Below, in pieces: positions 37,076 to 50,259 of a stretch of DNA of 64,000 nt. The DNA is from Octopus vulgaris (taxonomy: Eukaryota). Numbering within the stretch: the first letter of the stretch is position 1; the number at the start of each line of letters is the position of its first letter. Under the pieces are notes generated by a model. It did not search any database and was not told where the DNA came from. It worked only from the letters and a program-made list of their open reading frames with translations. The stretch lies in NCBI GenBank assembly GCA_951406725.2, contig OX597820.1, positions 34,224,001 to 34,288,000 of the forward strand. The letters run 5' to 3'. A program made the position numbers and the translations under genes.

Positions 37076-37596
37076 CAAATTGGTGTTGAGTTTTTAAATT
37101 TTTTTTTTTAATCATAAGAAACAGTTAAGAATATTTTGTGTATGACATTCAGTAGATCATCCTTAAATTAAAAAGAAGCAAAAAAAAGTAGCTAGACATT
37201 TAAGCATATAATGGAAGTTATTGGCCATTATCAGTCTGTGGGTTCAGGGGATTGTGTACACACAGCTGGTGTCACAACATTTATCTAACCTACTGTCACC
37301 TTCCACAACCACCTCAACACCTCCACTGACCTTTGCACCACACCACAACGACAGGACATCTAGGTTGATGTCAGTTTAAGTGGATCAAAGTAGGTAGTTT
37401 TTGCTTGAGACAGGCAGCGGGAAGTGGGGTTGGGTAGGGTGGAGAGGAGAGAAGAAAGAAGTAGACGTTGTTTTCTTTAATGGAGTTTACTGTTTTTACT
37501 TGTTTCAGTGACTGGACTGCGGCCATGCTGGAGCACTGTATACAGGGTTGAGTCTGTGAAATCATGCTTATTTTTAATTCTAGTATTTGCTGTCGA

Positions 37597-38238
37597 TCCC
37601 TCTTTGCCAAAGTTACAGTGGCTTAAACAAACACCACCTGTTATCAAGCAGTGAGGAAGCAAACACACACACACACACACATGCAAACACACACACATGA
37701 GACCAGTAGATGTGGTGATTTGCTGTACTTAATAAGACATGTCAAGCTAAGTAAAATCATTATCTTCCACACATGTAGGCTTGTCCTTGTGGGTGCTGGC
37801 GTCGCTTAAGAAGCACCTGTGCTAGTGCTGCATTAATGCACCCATTCCGGTGCTGTGTAAATGCCTCCGTACCAATGGCATGTGAAAAGCACCCAACACG
37901 AGCTGGCAGAAACGTTAGTGTGCCGGGCGAAATGCTTAGCAGTATTTCGCTCGTCGCTCCCTCTTTGCCAAAGTTACAGTGGCTTAAACAAACACCACCT
38001 GTTATCAAGCAGTGAGGAAGCAAACACACACACACACACACATGCAAACACACACACATGAGACCAGTAGATGTGGTGATTTGCTGTACTTAATAAGACA
38101 TGTCAAGCTAAGTAAAATCATTATCTTCCACACATGTAGGCTTTGTCCTTGTGGGTGCTGGCGTCGCTTAAGAAGCACCTGTGCTAGTGCTGCATTAATG
38201 CACCCATTCCGGTGCTGTGTAAATGCCTCCGTACCAAT
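37597..38238. repeat. ~280-bp near-identical direct duplication (37597-37876 and 37958-38238)
   Basis: TCCCTCTTTGCCAAAG...ATGCCTCCGTACCAAT occurs twice; the only difference I saw is a single T indel. Confidence 0.9.
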
Positions 38239-41233
38239 CTGTCCAACCCATGCCAGCATGGAGAGTGGACATTAAACGATGATGATGATGATGCTGGTGA
38301 ACATATATACATCCATACACACCTACGTTCATACATAGATGTGTGTGAGCATATGCCAGGTCGCCATGAATTTCTTTCTGAACATTAAACCTGCTTCTTA
38401 TTTCTTATTTTTTTATTGCCCACTAGGGGCTAAACATAGAGAGGACAAACAAGGACAGACAAAGGGATTAAGTCAATTAGATTGACCCCAGTGCATAACT
38501 GGTACTTAATTTAACGACCCCGAAAGGATGAAAGGCAAAGTCAACCTCGGTGGAATTTGAACTCATCATAACAGCAGACAAAATACCGCTAAGAATTTCA
38601 CCTGGCATGCTAATGTTTCTGCAAGCTCGCCACCTTTATTGTTTCTGCTGCATCCCACTCCATCATACTCTAAGTTTTCAACACTGCACTTAAAGTGACC
38701 ACTCTGTCTCCTATCCTTCCTTAGTTGACAAAGATCTTTAATCTTGCAAGTTACAAGGTGACCTCATTGGTGTTGGGGTCATGAAAAAAATGACTCTGTA
38801 AAAAGCACCCTGTAAAGGGGTTAGCATTGGGAAGGGCATCTAGCTTTAGAAGCTAGGCCAAAACTAACATTGGAGCAAAACATGGGCTTCTAGTCCTTTA
38901 GCTTCTGTTAAAATGTCCAATCCATGCCAGTACTGAAAGCCAGTGTAAAATGAAACATATACAGTACTTTATGAAAACTTGCTTTACAAGACCCTGGATT
39001 TACAAGTTTTATTTTTTAAACACAAAATCCAAATTTTGAATGAAGAGCAAAAGTTTCTGCTATCATAACAAATGCTTCTGTGTTACCGAGAAATTTATAG
39101 AGAACGAAAATAAGCATTTTAGCAAACAACTCCAGACTTGTTTTTTAAAAAGAAATCTACAAGTCTATTTACAAGTGCTTGTGAATTGGCAATCACATCT
39201 ACAAGTGATGTGCACAAGTCTAGTGCGAGTGAACATGCGTTAGAAAATGATTATAATAATGATATTTTTTTGTTAGATATGATCTTGATTGCCATTTATT
39301 TATGAATATTATAAATCTTATAGGTAAAATATTTTTCTGGGAACGATTACAATTACTGCTCTGCTTTACGAGCTTGCGTTTTACGAGCAGTCTCTGGAAA
39401 CAAATTAACTCATATATTGAGGCATTATTGTACACACACACACAAGCACATGCATACATGCATGTATAAACGTGCACACACACACGCATTCTCTCTCTCT
39501 CTCTCTCGCACACACACACCCATTCTCTCTCTCTCTCTCTCGCACACACACACCTCAGGCTTTCCATCTATCAAATTCACTCATAAGGCATTGGTCAGTC
39601 TCTAATACATCAAATTCACTGACCTCACAGACTGATGGCCAATGACTTTCATTATATGTTTAAATGTCCAGCTACCCATTTTGTTTTTATTTTTAAATTT
39701 AAAACGGTGATCTACTGAATGTCACACACAGCACTGGTCACTTTCTCAAATGTCTGTGCAATGGAATTGACCTCAAAACCATTTGGTTGCCACGTGTACT
39801 TCTTAATCATTAAAGCCATGCCTGCAACTATGAAATAAATAAATAAATAAATAACAAAGCAGACGTGTTTATATATTTTTTAAATGGCTTTACAGAGAAT
39901 TGAATTAAATTTAGATTTTGTTTCCAACTTTGACATCTTCCAACTTCCTTTTAAATTAATTTAGTTGTCACAGACAATGGTAGCAGCAGACAGATTTCTA
40001 AGTCAACCGTTTATTTACATTCTGATAGTTCTTCACTTCTGTCGTTATTATTAAACATTCTAGTTCAGAGTATCAAAGCCTTCCTAAGTACATCCTTTTG
40101 CAACACTTAAAGTCATTATGCACACACACACACACACACATATGAATGCATGCACAAATGCGTGCACACACAGTTTTATATATTTTCTTTTATTTCTTCA
40201 TTGTTCATCATCATCATCATTTTAATGTCCAGTTTTCCATGCTTGCATGGTTCAGATAGAATTCACTGAAGCAGATTTTCTATGGCTGGATGCTCTTCCT
40301 GTTGCCAACTCTCACCTGTTTCCAAGGGAGGTAACATTTCCCCCTGGTTAGACATGTTTCCCATGGAAGATTGGAAATTAATGACATTACTCGACTGATA
40401 GTGACATATATCATATACAACCAGTCTTACAATGTCAACACAAGGACACACTTCCGCACGTGCCCACACATCATCATCATCATCATCGTTTAATGTCTGT
40501 TTTCCATGCTGAGATGGGTTGGACAGCCTGAGAGGAAGCGGCAAAGCCAGTGGGTTGCCCTAGGCTCCATTGTCTGCTCTGGCTTGGTTCCTATGGCTGA
40601 ATGCCCTTCTTAATTCCAACCACTTTACAGAGTGTACTAGGTGTGTTTTATGTGGCACCAGCTCCAGTGCTTTTTACATAGTTTTCTGGGTTTGATTGAA
40701 AGAGGTGTAGATGGTTACTGCACTGCATATATAATGTATGTATATATTTCATCAGTGTTTTTATTTCACCATTGTGAAACATAGCTGAAAAAAAGTGTAG
40801 GTTGGCTGCCACCACTGTATATGTAATATATATATATATATATATATATATATCATCATCATCATCATCGTTTAGTGTCTGCTTTCCATGCTAGCATGGG
40901 TTGGATGGTTCAACTGGGGTCTGGGAAGCCAGAAGGCTGCACCAGGCCCAGTCTGATCTGGTAATGTTTCTACTGCTGGATGCCCTTCCTGACGCCATGC
41001 CCTTCCTAATATATATATATAATTGTAAAATAGGATAAAATCTTTATAAGAATTTATCAAGGTAGTTAGCTTGAAAAAACCTTATAAGGGAAAAATCCAT
41101 CAATTTATTCCTCTTAAATATATTCACTTATATTAAGGGCATTACTATACATAAATGCCTCATTCTAGGAGGGACTTTTAAAGTCAAAACTACCATAATA
41201 AAGAAACACATTGTACCGAATTTGGTACAATGT

Positions 41234-41272
<39 letters not shown>

Positions 41273-41546
41273 AACATATGTGTGTGTGTGTGTTTGTGTA
41301 TAGAAGGTGGCAAGCTGGCAAAATCATTATCAAACCAGGTGAAATGTTTAAAGTTATTTTGTCTGTCCTTATGTTCTGAGTTCAAATTCCACCAAGATCG
41401 ATTGTGCCTTTCATTTTTTTGGGGTTGATAAAATAAGTATCAGCTCTTCACTAGTGTCAATGTAATCAAATTTACTACTCTTGGGTAAAGGTATAAAAGC
41501 TGCACCCCCTCTGCCAAGTCATGTTGAGCCAGTGTGGCAGAGTGTG

Positions 41547-41845
41547 GAGGCACATGCCCTAGTCGTTAGAGCAGCGGACTCGCGGTCGAGAGATTGAGGG
41601 TTCAAATTTCAGACCAAGCGGTGTGTGTGTTTATGAGTGAAACACCTAAGCTCCACGCGGCTCTGGCAGAAGGTAATGGTGAACTTCTGCTGACTCTTTT
41701 GCCACAAATTTCTCTTACTCTTTCCTCCTGCATCTTGCAGCTCACCTGTGATGGACTGGCGTCCCGTCCAGGTGGGGAACCTATACGCCAAGGAAACCAG
41801 GAAACCGGCCTTTATGAGCCAGGCATGGCTCGAGAAGGAACAAAC
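41547..41845 (+). mobile_element. tRNA-derived SINE (separate family)
   Basis: A-box-like CCTAGTCGTTAGAGCAGCGG, B-box-like GGTTCAAATT, body GATGGACTGGCGTCCCGTCCAGGTGGGG. A related fragment lies on the - strand near 1220-1385. Confidence 0.6.
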
Positions 41846-42599
41846 AAGTGTAGCAGAGTAGACTCATCAAACCAATATGATCTTAAGCTCAAATTCATGG
41901 CCTTCACATCAGACCATGTTTGGTAGAGGGAACATGCTGAGGCTTTTGTCCTGCAGTGGACTGAACAATCCAATCCAAATGCATGTGGTGTAAAGATAGA
42001 TGAATAATGGTATATATTAGCTACTGTATATATAAAGTGTGTGTATGTAAGTGCTTGGCCTACTGGTTACGGTGTTGCAGGCATTGTCATAAGCTCATGG
42101 TTTCAATTCCCAGACCGGTGGTTATGTTGTGTTCTTGAGCAAAACCCTTCATTTCACATTGATCCAGTCCACCCCTGCAACAGATTGGCATTCTCTTCAG
42201 TAGGAAGTGTTGGCCTACCTGCCTGCCTAGCCAGCAGGATGGCATGATTCAAAAGCTACGACTGTGTAAGGCAAAGTATTGTGACTAACATTGTATAACA
42301 ACAGTCAGGTTGATACAGTGATATCTTGGTGTGAATTTAGTGTGCAGTCTATTGCAGTACCATCATCATCATCTAACAATTGTTTTCCATGCTGGCATGG
42401 GTTGGACAGTTTGAAAGGAACTGATAAGGCCAGTGGCCCACACCAAGTTCCATAGTCTGTTTTGGCATGGTTTCTACAGCTGGGTGCCCTTCCTAATGCC
42501 AACCACTTTACAGAACGTACTGGGTGCTTTTTACATGGCACCTTGGTTTTAGTGTCTCTAGCGGGTGGATCTTCTTGAGTACCACATATCTTGGTCCTC

Positions 42600-43460
42600 T
42601 CTCATTTTCGTAATGTTTGGCGTTTTGAGATTGGCCTTGAATACTTTGTCCCATGTCTTCCTGGGTCTCCCTCTTCCACAACTTCCTTTCATTTTAAACT
42701 ATCGGCACTTCTTTGTGCAGTTGTCCTCATCCTTCCACATCACATGACCAAACCAGCACAATCTGCTCTCTTGCAGATTACATTTTATTCCTCTTATTCC
42801 CAACTTCTCTCTCAGAACACCAGTGCTCTGTTGCACATGCACACTGACTTCACACATCCAACGGAGCATACTATTGGGTTGTAAGTAAAGTTCATGCCAA
42901 TTTTTAAACAAAAGAAAAAGATCAATAAACACTTGCCATTACGTTTTTAATCAACCAATTATGAACCATTTTGTTGCACAATGCGTCTCCATCTTTCCTT
43001 TAACTTGAAAATACCCTCTTCCCAGAATTGAGGTGGCTTCATGGCAAAGAATTCATCAAGGTATCTTTTTACGTCATCCAAGGAATTAAAATTTTTACCA
43101 TTAAGACTATTCTGCAGAGACCTGAATAAGTGGAAATCCGAAGGAGCAATATCTGGTGAATATGGAGGGTGGGGTAACACATCCCAGCCAAGCTGCAGGA
43201 CTTTTGTCTGGTTCCCAAAACATCAAGTGCCAAAAATGAACTTTCTTATCTTCTATTTTAAAGGGTTACAGAATTAACACAGGTCATAGGAACATATACC
43301 TTCTGTGAAAAGATAGCTTAAACTGTGCTCTAAATGGAGGTGTAGTCAAATCCTATTTTATGGACTCAACCACGTTCTAAAATAAGTTGAAAGGTAAGCA
43401 ACTATAAATCGGCACAAACTTTCCGGACAACCCAATAGCTTCATTCCTCTCCAGCCTTAA
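42600..43460 (-). mobile_element. RTE-type LINE remnant split by a mariner
   Basis: Removing the mariner restores RLERNEASMLRWMCEVS...LREKLGIRGI...RLCWFGHVMWKDED. Confidence 0.8.
42874..43435 (-). mobile_element. Mariner deletion derivative retaining the C-terminal catalytic region (same family as 10660-11225)
   Basis: TA-flanked TIRs TTGGGTTGT.../...TTTCCGGACAACCCAA. LPHPPYSPDIAPSDFHLFRSLQNSL...GIFKLKERWRRIVQQNG. The 5' UTR is nearly identical to that of the 10660 element. Confidence 0.92.
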
Positions 43461-44318
43461 AATAATCTGATCTGGGTTGGGTTAGGGTTAGGGTTAGGGT
43501 AAGAGTTTAGGCTTAAGTCTAGAATGTATGCTGAAGTGGCACCAATATATTTTACCAATATAAACACAGCTGATAAACTAGGGCTCCCTGAACAAAGGGT
43601 TTTTGCACTGGATTATGGGCATTTCCCCATGTCATTTTTGTCTTCAGAAATTTAGTGATACCTTGATTTGCCTGTCAGGAATCAGTAACCATTTTTGCAA
43701 TCTTTAGCAAAATGTGATTTGAAATAACGAAAAGAAAAACTAAATAAATGTAAAATACAAAATAAAAGATAAGATATCTAAGAACTTTGTCTTAGACAGA
43801 TTCTTTAAATCTTTTGAGAAATAAGAAAATGTCAAATTCTTCCAATGTTCTTTGAAATTGACTTAGTCTATTCTGCCATGTTCTTCCTTTGAAGAATTGG
43901 GTATGGGTAGCAATTGTTGCTTTTACAGTTGAATGGGTTTTTCTGCTGCTGTTCTCTCAACCAGGCATATAATTGTGTGTGTGTGTGTGCGTGTTGTACT
44001 GTGCATGTTTGTATATGCAAATGTAGCATCTATGGTGCAAAGTATGTGGATGTATGTGCATATGTAATATGTATTGATGTATGTATATATGCATGAGTCT
44101 ATGTATGTGTTTGTGTGTGTATGGATATATGATATATGTGTGTGTGTATATCTATCTATCTATCTATCTATATATATATATATATATATATATATGGATG
44201 TATGTGTGTATATATATATAGATATATATATATGATGTGTTTGTGTGTGTGTATATACATTTTCTTTTATTCTTTTACTTGTTTCAGTCATTTGACTGTA
44301 GTCATGCTGAGCACCGCA

Positions 44319-44354
<36 letters not shown>

Positions 44355-44621
44355 TGTGTGTATGTATGTATGTATGTATATAACCCATGCCAGCATGGAA
44401 AATGAATGTTAATTGATAATGATGATGATATATAGCTTGCTTACCAGCCACATGGTTCTAGGTTCAGTCCCACTGCGTGGCACCTTGGGCAAGTGTCTTC
44501 TGCTATAGTCTCGGGCTGACCAAAGCCTTGTGAGTAGATTGAGTAGATGGAAACTGAAAGAAGCCTATCATATATATATATGAGACCAAATATATGTACA
44601 CCGCCATATGTATATAAAAAC

Positions 44622-45393
44622 GAATACAAAAAAATGGGACAAAAACGCAAAACATCCAGATAGTTAGATGATACAAAAAAGGGACAAGAAAAAACAAGGA
44701 TGAGTCATTTGGAGTTTTCTTTCCTCAGTCGAGTTCCAGATTATCTTTGCAATTTTGACTGGTTATACTTGAGATTGCCCCGATCTGGTCAGCCCCAAGG
44801 AAAAACTAAGCTAAGAGCACTAGATTTCTTGGAAGAAAGCAGCGAATGGAAAGAAAGCAGCGAAACGAAAACAAGGATGGAAAAAAAAAACAAAAAAGAA
44901 AAAATGGTACACATATACAAATGCAAATAACAGGACAGTAACAACAGGTGTCTTTCGACTAAGGACGAATTAAATTAAGCTGGCGTGTGTGGAAGTGAAG
45001 CAACATTTATATTCCCCCCTATGCCTGTCATCTCTTATGTCCCTGCCGTAAGGTTTCACTTCCACACACACCAGCTTAATTTAATTCGTCCTTTGTTGAA
45101 AGACATCTGTTCTTAATATCCTGTTATTTGTTCTTGTGTACCATTTTCACGTTTTTTTTCTGTCTTTGTTTTTGTATACATTCGCTGCTTTCGTCCAAGG
45201 AATCTAGTGCTTTTAGCTTAGTTTTTCCTTGGGGCTGGCCAGATTGGAGCAATCTCAAGTATAACCAGCCAAAATTGCAAAGATAATCTGGAACTCGACT
45301 GAGGAAAGAAAACTCCGAATGACCCATCCTTATTTTTTCTTGTCCCTTTTTTGTATCATGTCTGAATGTTTTGTTGTCCCTTTTTTTGTATTC
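44622..45393. repeat. Inverted pair of ~350-bp elements (arms 44622-44999 and 45055-45393) inside the (TA)n tract of a SINE
   Basis: The arms are diverged reverse complements with a ~55-bp spacer; ORFs 44700(+) and 45124(-) share their sequence. Confidence 0.85.
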
Positions 45394-45437
<44 letters not shown>

Positions 45438-45441
45438 GCAC

Positions 45442-45491
<50 letters not shown>

Positions 45492-45801
45492 ATGTTTGTG
45501 TGTCTGTGTTTGTCTCCCCTCCATCGCTTGACAACCGATGTTGGTGTGTTTGCATCCCTGTAACTTAGTGGTTCGGCAAAAGAGACCGATAGTATAAGTA
45601 CTAGGCTTACAAAGAATAAGTCCTGGGGTCAGTTTGTTCAACTAAAAAGCAGTGCTCCAGCATGGCCGCATTCAAATGACAAACAAATTAAAGAATACAT
45701 ATATAATACACACACATACACTTACCTATATCTCTATAAGGAAAATTAAACAAGGTAGAAAATGCTAAAATAATTTTATCATGAAATACATCTTTTAATG
45801 G

Positions 45802-45839
45802 TTAGTACTGGTTTCTGTCTTTTTGACTTTTTCAACTAA
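45802..45839 (-). ncRNA. Variant minimal hammerhead-like motif (U3-A8 in place of C3-G8)
   Basis: Minus strand reads TTAG-TTGAAAA-A GTC AAAAA GAC A-GAAAC-CA-GTA-CTAA. The stems are short and AT-rich. Confidence 0.4.
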
Positions 45840-46519
45840 GAGTAAAACAAAGGTGGATATTAATTAAGAAGAAAAACAAATTGAATACACATGGTACCCT
45901 TAATGTTGTTCATTGGGTGATTCAGTGTGACACAGAATGTGACAAAGCTGCCTCTTTCAGTTACAAGTACAGCTCACTTTTGCCAGATGAGTGGACTGGA
46001 GTAATGTTAAATAAAGTGTTTTGCTCAAGGACACAACATACCACCAGGAATTGAACTCACGGTATTATGATTATGAGCTAATACACTAACCACTATCTAT
46101 ACATTCTCACCATGTCTGAATCGCAATGCATTTTTCCTTTCTCCCTTGAGTGTTGAACTAATAATATTGACCGTGGACATCTCTTCTACTTTCGTTTGTT
46201 TTTCTTTTTGTACTTTTGTTCTTGTATTTTCTCTTTGTTATATGTCTGTATGTATTTGTGATTGTGGGTGGTTGTCAGGTGTGTTCAAGAAAAGAACATT
46301 ATACAACCATCACTTCCTCTCCACCTTTCTCCTGTATCTGTGATTACTGCAGTTAGGGGTTCAATTCTTGGCAACTTAGGGAAGAGAAAACTGATGATGA
46401 TGATGATGATGATAGTGATGATGATGATGACATTGGCCATAAGGATGACAGTGGTGATAATGGTGGTGGTGGTGGTGGTGATGGTGGTGATGATGGTGTG
46501 GAAGTGGAGTTGATGATTG

Positions 46520-46550
<31 letters not shown>

Positions 46551-46928
46551 AATTGGGAGTGGAGATGGTGAGGAGGATGATGATGATGCTTATTTTTTCA
46601 TTGTCTTGGCTTGTGACCAGCAAACAGCTCCGTCTGTCTGAATGCATGTGTGTGTATACACACACACACATACACACACACACATACACACACATTGTAT
46701 TTTCTGTATTTTCTGTAGTGTCTGTTGTATTGGTAGTTGTAGTGGTTGTTGTTGTTGTTGTTGTTAATTACACTTGACTTGTTATTTTCAGAGTGTACTG
46801 ACCACTGACCAGTCTGTCGGTCATTGCTTAGTCTTCTTAATTTCCTGTACACCAAATTACTGCTATCCTGAAGTCTGACCACTGCTTGTTATATTTATCC
46901 TCCATACCTTTAGATGTATGAGATGTGT

Positions 46929-46972
<44 letters not shown>

Positions 46973-47347
46973 ATGCCAGTGCTCATGTACTCATACATGT
47001 AAGTGGGTGTATGTGTGTTTGAGAGTGTGTGTATGTGTGTGCATGTATGTGTGATGTATACTCGTTGAGTGTGAAGTATTTGTAAATACACACACATACA
47101 CACACACAATAAAAGTGAGAAAGAGAATGTGTGTATATGTTTGCATGTATGTGCGCAGTACCTGTGTATGTATGTATGTATGTGTGTGTGTGCATGCCAG
47201 TATTCATGTACTCAAGTGAGTGTATGTGTGTGTTTGAGTGTGTGTGTATATGTATGTTTGATCCATGTATGTACCTGTGCATATTTATGCGTATGAATTC
47301 AGTCAATGTGGTGTGTTTATTATATAGAACTTGCATTGGAATTTAAA

Positions 47348-47389
<42 letters not shown>

Positions 47390-48114
47390 CATACATACAC
47401 ACACACACACATATATATACACACGCACACACACACACACATATTTGTGTGTGATATATATGTGCGATTTATAATTTACCATTTATCTTTTACTTGATTC
47501 AGTCATTGGACCAGGCAATGCTGGAGCACTCCTTTGAAAGGTGTTTTTTTTTGTTGAACTAATCAATCCCAGGGCTTGTTTTTTAAAAACCCGGTGCTTC
47601 TTGTATTGGGATCGTTTTGCCGAACCAATAAGTTACGAGGGTGTAAACAAACCAACACTTGTGAATGAAGCAGTGATGTGGGGGACAAATGTAAAGACTT
47701 GCATGTAAATATATACATATGTAATCAATGGGCTTCTTTCAGTTTCTGTCTGTCAAATCCACTCACAAGGACTTGTTTGGCTCAAGGTTATAATAGAAGA
47801 CACTTGCCCAAGGTGCCATGCAGTGGTGCAGTGGGACTGAATCCAAAAAAAATCTAGGGATCAAGGTGTAGGAAGAAAGTTAGCTTCAAGCAATCTGTTG
47901 TAAACCTAAAAAAGCAGCTTTCAGGGACAATAGTGGTTTATTAAAATGGAAGGTTGTGGATTTTTTCTATATTGAAGTACAGTAAACTGAAGAAAATTCT
48001 TTTTATAAATCTTGGTAAGCAACCAGGGTTGTCAGGTGTGCGAATAAGAATACATTTCTTAACTCTTGTAAATATATAAATATATATACACAAACACATC
48101 TATCTATCTATCTA

Positions 48115-48157
<43 letters not shown>

Positions 48158-48845
48158 GTCTATCCATCCATCCATCCATCCATCCATCCATCCATCCATA
48201 CATACATACATACATACATACATATGTGCACACACAGTGCAATACTGAATTTTAAAGCACTGATGTCCTAGAACCTCTCAGAATCTGTACTAATTTACAA
48301 GCAGGATCTTTAAATTCCTGTGGCTTTCAGGCTAGTTCACTGCTACCTTGCACAGTATGAGCGAACTTGCATCGATTATACTAATGTACAGGTAATTGTA
48401 TTCCGTTTAATTATTCAAGTTAATTCAATACTTGTTTACATTGGGTAGTGTTCAAAAAGGTGACCACCCTTGCTTTGGAAAAAATCTGTAATTCTGGAAG
48501 GGTTTTGAAACCAAATGTTCTGGAAAATTAATCTTGTACTCCTGTGTGTGTGTGTGGTAAGAAGCTTCCTTCCCAACCATATGGTTCTGGGTTCAGTCCC
48601 ACTGCGTGGCACCTTGGGCAAGTGTCTTTTACTATAGCCTTGGGACGACCAAAGTCTTGTGAGTGGATTTAGTAGATGGAAATGGAGATACTCATCATGT
48701 GTGTATGTATATGTATGTGTGCATGTGTGTGTGTGTATATATATGTATATAGGGAGAGTTTACGAGAAAAACAAATGACGAAGACAGGTGGTGTACAACA
48801 CAAACAGATAGATGTATTAGTATAATGCTCAGGAATAGAAAAAGT

Positions 48846-48881
48846 CTTTTACGTTTTGAGCCTACGCTCTTCTACAGAAAG
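48846..48881 (-). ncRNA. Degenerate minimal hammerhead-like motif
   Basis: Minus strand reads CTTT-CTGTAGA-A-GAGC GTAG GCTC-AAAAC-GTA-AAAG. Stems I and II are intact, but core positions A6 and G12 are changed. Confidence 0.4.
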
Positions 48882-49766
48882 GGACACAGAAAAAACAAGG
48901 AGAGAAATAAGTAGAGAAAAAAAAAGGAGAGAAATATATATATATATACATATATATATATATGAGTGTGTGTGTCTGTGTTTACATTCCTGTAACTTAA
49001 CCAAAAGACCAATAGAAAAAAAAATACCAGGTTTACAAAATAAATTAGTGGTGTCAATTCAATTTGACTAAAAGTTCTTCATGGCAGTGCCCCAGCATGG
49101 CCACAGCCTAATGCCCGAAACAAAATTTAAAGCATAGAAGTTATGAATCTATGTTTGTATGTAAAAAGTAATCTTTGGATGTTGTGACTGTTGTAGACAA
49201 AACATGCTTGATTATATATAAATATGTAAGTCTACTCAATCAAGACAGACCTAGGGTTAAAAAAACAGTCTTGCCATTATGGCTTATCATAGCCAATGTT
49301 TATTGTATTAACTGACCTGTTAACCCCACTTAAAGGTCACATCCCTTTACAGGTCACATCCTTAAGGGTCAGTTGTTTGTCTTCAGATAAGAGCTAATAT
49401 TTAAAGGGGTGGGTAGTGGGGGTAGAGGTGGCAGTGCCTAACTGTGGTGATGTGTGTGTGTATATGTATGTATGTGTTTGTATGTATATGAGTGTGTGTG
49501 TGTGTGTGTGTGCTTGCTTGCATGCGTCTCTGTCTTTCTGCGTGAGTGTATGTCTCTGTGTTAGGTTGTGTGTGTTGGTGTCTGTGTTTGCAAGTGTTTG
49601 TGTATGTATGTACTTCTCAGTAGCCCATGTGCATGTGCCTATGTGTATGAGCTTCTGAGTAGCTGTGTTTGTAGGTGTTCTGTGTACGTAAAAAATGTGT
49701 GTGCACATGAGTGCGTTTTTGCATATATAGGTATGTGTGTGTGCATACAAGTGTCTTTCTGCATGC

Positions 49767-49807
<41 letters not shown>

Positions 49808-50218
49808 TGCAGGAGTGATTGTGTGGTAAGTAGCTTGCTTGCCAACCACATGGTTCCGGGTTCAGTCCCACTGCGTGGCATCTTGGGCAAGTGTCTTCAG
49901 GCCGACCAAAGCCTTGTGAGTGCATTTGGTAGACGGAAACTGAAAGAAGCCTGTCGTATATATGTATGTATTTATATGTATGTGTGTGTGTGTGTATGTT
50001 TGTGTGTCTGTGTCTGTCCCCCTAGCATTGCTTGACAACCGATACTGGTGTGTTTACATCCCCGTCACTTAGTGATTCGGCAAAAGAGACCGATAGAATA
50101 AATACTGGGCTTACAAAGAATAAGTCCCAGGGTCGATTTGCTCAACTAAAGGCGGTGCTCCAGCATGGCCGCAGTCAAATGACTGAAACAAGTAAAATGA
50201 GTAAAAAGTGTATTTATA

Positions 50219-50259
<41 letters not shown>

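Noticed and set aside
41140-41240. Hammerhead-like arrangement near the GACTTTTAAAGTC hairpin and the AAACACATTGTACC/GGTACAATGTGTTT palindrome
   Set aside because: The hairpins are real, but neither CUGANGA nor GAAA is intact and no stem I is evident. Too degenerate to call.
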